Below the pieces are notes generated by a model. The model worked only from the letters and a program-made list of their open reading frames with translations. It did not search any database and had not been told where the DNA came from. A DNA stretch of 27,925 nt, taken from Fibrobacterota bacterium (GTDB lineage Bacteria > Fibrobacterota > Fibrobacteria > UBA11236). How positions within the stretch are numbered: the stretch's first letter is position 1; the number at the start of each line of letters is the position of its first letter. The stretch spans positions 1 through 27,925 of the forward strand of contig JAYUVP010000084.1 in the NCBI GenBank assembly GCA_043753995.1, written 5' to 3'. The position numbers and the translations under genes are program-made. This document shows, in pieces, positions 26,336 to 27,925 of this stretch.

Positions 26336-27925
26336 GCACCCAACAAGACCCCTGCCCCGAAGCCGTGCTTCGCTTGCGCTTGGATGCACCGGGCTGGCTG
26401 GAAGCTTCGGCGGGCTCTGGCAAGACCTATGCCATTGAACATTTAGTAACGCGCCTTTTACGGGAGACGCGCGACCTATCCATGCCGGGCATTTTACTGG
26501 TGACCTTCACCGAAAAAGCGGCGGGCGAACTCAAGGAAAAAATCCGAAAGCGCCTAGAGCGTGAGTCGTCCCGCCCGGATTTGGATGCGGGTGCGCGCCT
26601 GCGCTTGCAAGAGGCATGGCTGCATTTCGACCGAGCTAGCGTTCATACCATCCATGGCTTTTGCCTGCAATGCTTACGCCGTTATGCCTTTGAATTAGGC
26701 GGTCTTTTCGAAGCGGCCTTAATTGGGGAAGGGACGGTGAATGAAAAGGCTTTACGGGATTTGCGACGTCAAGCCGCCGCTGGCCAAATGCCCGCAGGCT
26801 TGCCAGCCTCCTTGGTCGCCACCACCGGTGCGGCATGGCAAAAAGATTTGCACGACTATGCAAAAGCCTATCGACCGGAACGCGGCGATAGCCTTGAGCC
26901 AGCACCCGATCCCGAGGACTTGAAGCGCAAAAGGATTCTTCTGGAAGACTTGTGGGAGACCTTGCGGAATCGCCTTCTCCCGCAAACCGAAAAGGAATTG
27001 ATAGAGCAGGCTTGGTTCGGTGAATTTGAAGGACTATTCGTTAGAAAAATCACATCGCATCAATTCGGTCGTCGCAGAAAAGCCCTGGAGAAATTGGGCG
27101 GACTTTTGCTGGATGCCCCCGACAATCTTAAGGCCTGGTACAAGGAATTCAATCACGCGAAATCGGTGCTGGCCTCAGAAGCCGGGGAACTCGTCAATGT
27201 CACCGGCCTCTTGGTGCCAAACCCGGATTTGCAGACACGACTTCAAGGTTTGAGTGAAGGTTTGAATGCCATAGGCCCGGCCCTCCGCGATTTGACTGAG
27301 GCGGAGGCGCGGGAAAGCATGGCCCCCCTATTCGACACCTTGTCGGCTCTGGGAAATGAGGCGATGCGTCTGAAGCAAGATCAAGGCCTTATCACCTATG
27401 AGGATATGGCCTTTCGGCTTTGGCAAGCCTTGCAGCAATCTCCCGAGCTTGCCAACCTATTGCGCCGGCAATACCCCGTCGCCATCGTCGATGAATTTCA
27501 GGACACCGATCCCGTGCAATGGGCCATATTCGAAAAGCTCTACCTCGACGGCCCAAAGCCCATGCCTCTTTTTTTAGTTGGGGATCCCAAGCAGGCAATT
27601 TATGCCTTTCGCGGAGGCGATCTAGCCACCTATTTGAAAGCTAGGTCACGAGTTCAAGACCTCGCACGTAATCGCCAAGCCATCGGCCTGGGATTGGAAT
27701 CCAATTTTCGCTCGCGACCTGAATTATTGGCCGCTTTGAATGAGACATTTTCCCAACCCGATTGGTTTCCCGTGGCCACGACCAACCGGGCCTTCGACAC
27801 CTGGGATTTACCCGAAGAGAGCCGTAAGCTGACCTTCGCTCCAGCACTATTTGGAAATTCGGCGCGGCAGCATTGCGTTGATCAAGGCACAACCCGGGAA
27901 GCGGTGGTGCTATTTCAGCCCTATC
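26332..27925 (+). CDS. recB: Exodeoxyribonuclease V beta subunit RecB (UvrD-like helicase), partial; runs off the right edge
   Basis: Not in the ORF track because there is no stop. ATGA overlap with recC. Manual translation shows LEASAGSGKTY, ILLVTFTEKAAGELKEKIR, TIHGFC, IVDEFQDTDPVQW, LVGDPKQAIYAFRGGD and NFRS. Confidence 0.93.
   Translation, partial: MSTQQDPCPEAVLRLRLDAPGWLEASAGSGKTYAIEHLVTRLLRETRDLSMPGILLVTFTEKAAGELKEKIRKRLERESSRPDLDAGARLRLQEAWLHFDRASVHTIHGFCLQCLRRYAFELGGLFEAALIGEGTVNEKALRDLRRQAAAGQMPAGLPASLVATTGAAWQKDLHDYAKAYRPERGDSLEPAPDPEDLKRKRILLEDLWETLRNRLLPQTEKELIEQAWFGEFEGLFVRKITSHQFGRRRKALEKLGGLLLDAPDNLKAWYKEFNHAKSVLASEAGELVNVTGLLVPNPDLQTRLQGLSEGLNAIGPALRDLTEAEARESMAPLFDTLSALGNEAMRLKQDQGLITYEDMAFRLWQALQQSPELANLLRRQYPVAIVDEFQDTDPVQWAIFEKLYLDGPKPMPLFLVGDPKQAIYAFRGGDLATYLKARSRVQDLARNRQAIGLGLESNFRSRPELLAALNETFSQPDWFPVATTNRAFDTWDLPEESRKLTFAPALFGNSARQHCVDQGTTREAVVLFQPY

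Noticed and set aside
26332..26450. Possible frameshift or missing gene after recC, since the track lists no long ORF there
   Set aside because: The frame from ATG 26332 is open through the helicase motifs. It is absent from the track only because it has no stop in the window.

Overview
A bacterial chromosomal window, probably from the FCB group and most likely Fibrobacterota-like. That assignment is inferred from gene content (PorV/PorQ-family barrel, orphan ftsE, sigma70-type promoters) and not from a search. The left ~6.7 kb is a more AT-rich Wzx/Wzy-type surface-polysaccharide locus, mostly on the minus strand: PorV/PorQ-like barrel, Wzz, Wzy, an opposite-strand flippase, an LbH acetyltransferase, a GT2 and a partial methyltransferase. 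tRNA-Lys(UUU) and a terminator follow. Next is a plus-strand housekeeping run: mfd, PPIase lipoprotein, SurA-like, methyltransferase, ftsE, aroA, a DacB+DUF1460 fusion, a Cys-free Fur-family regulator and a TauE/SafE transporter. The right part holds a stand-alone Cys-free rpsD, rhodanese, ArsC/Spx-like, a small hypothetical protein, mtgA, recC and the 5' part of recB. No CRISPR, IS or prophage was seen. The most notable observations are the two-catalytic-domain PBP4-amidase fusion, four genes with a -10 box exactly 6 nt before the start codon (leaderless signature), the antisense flippase inside the polysaccharide cluster, a T9SS-type barrel heading that cluster, an actinobacterial-like rpsD, and altered Chi-recognition residues in RecC.
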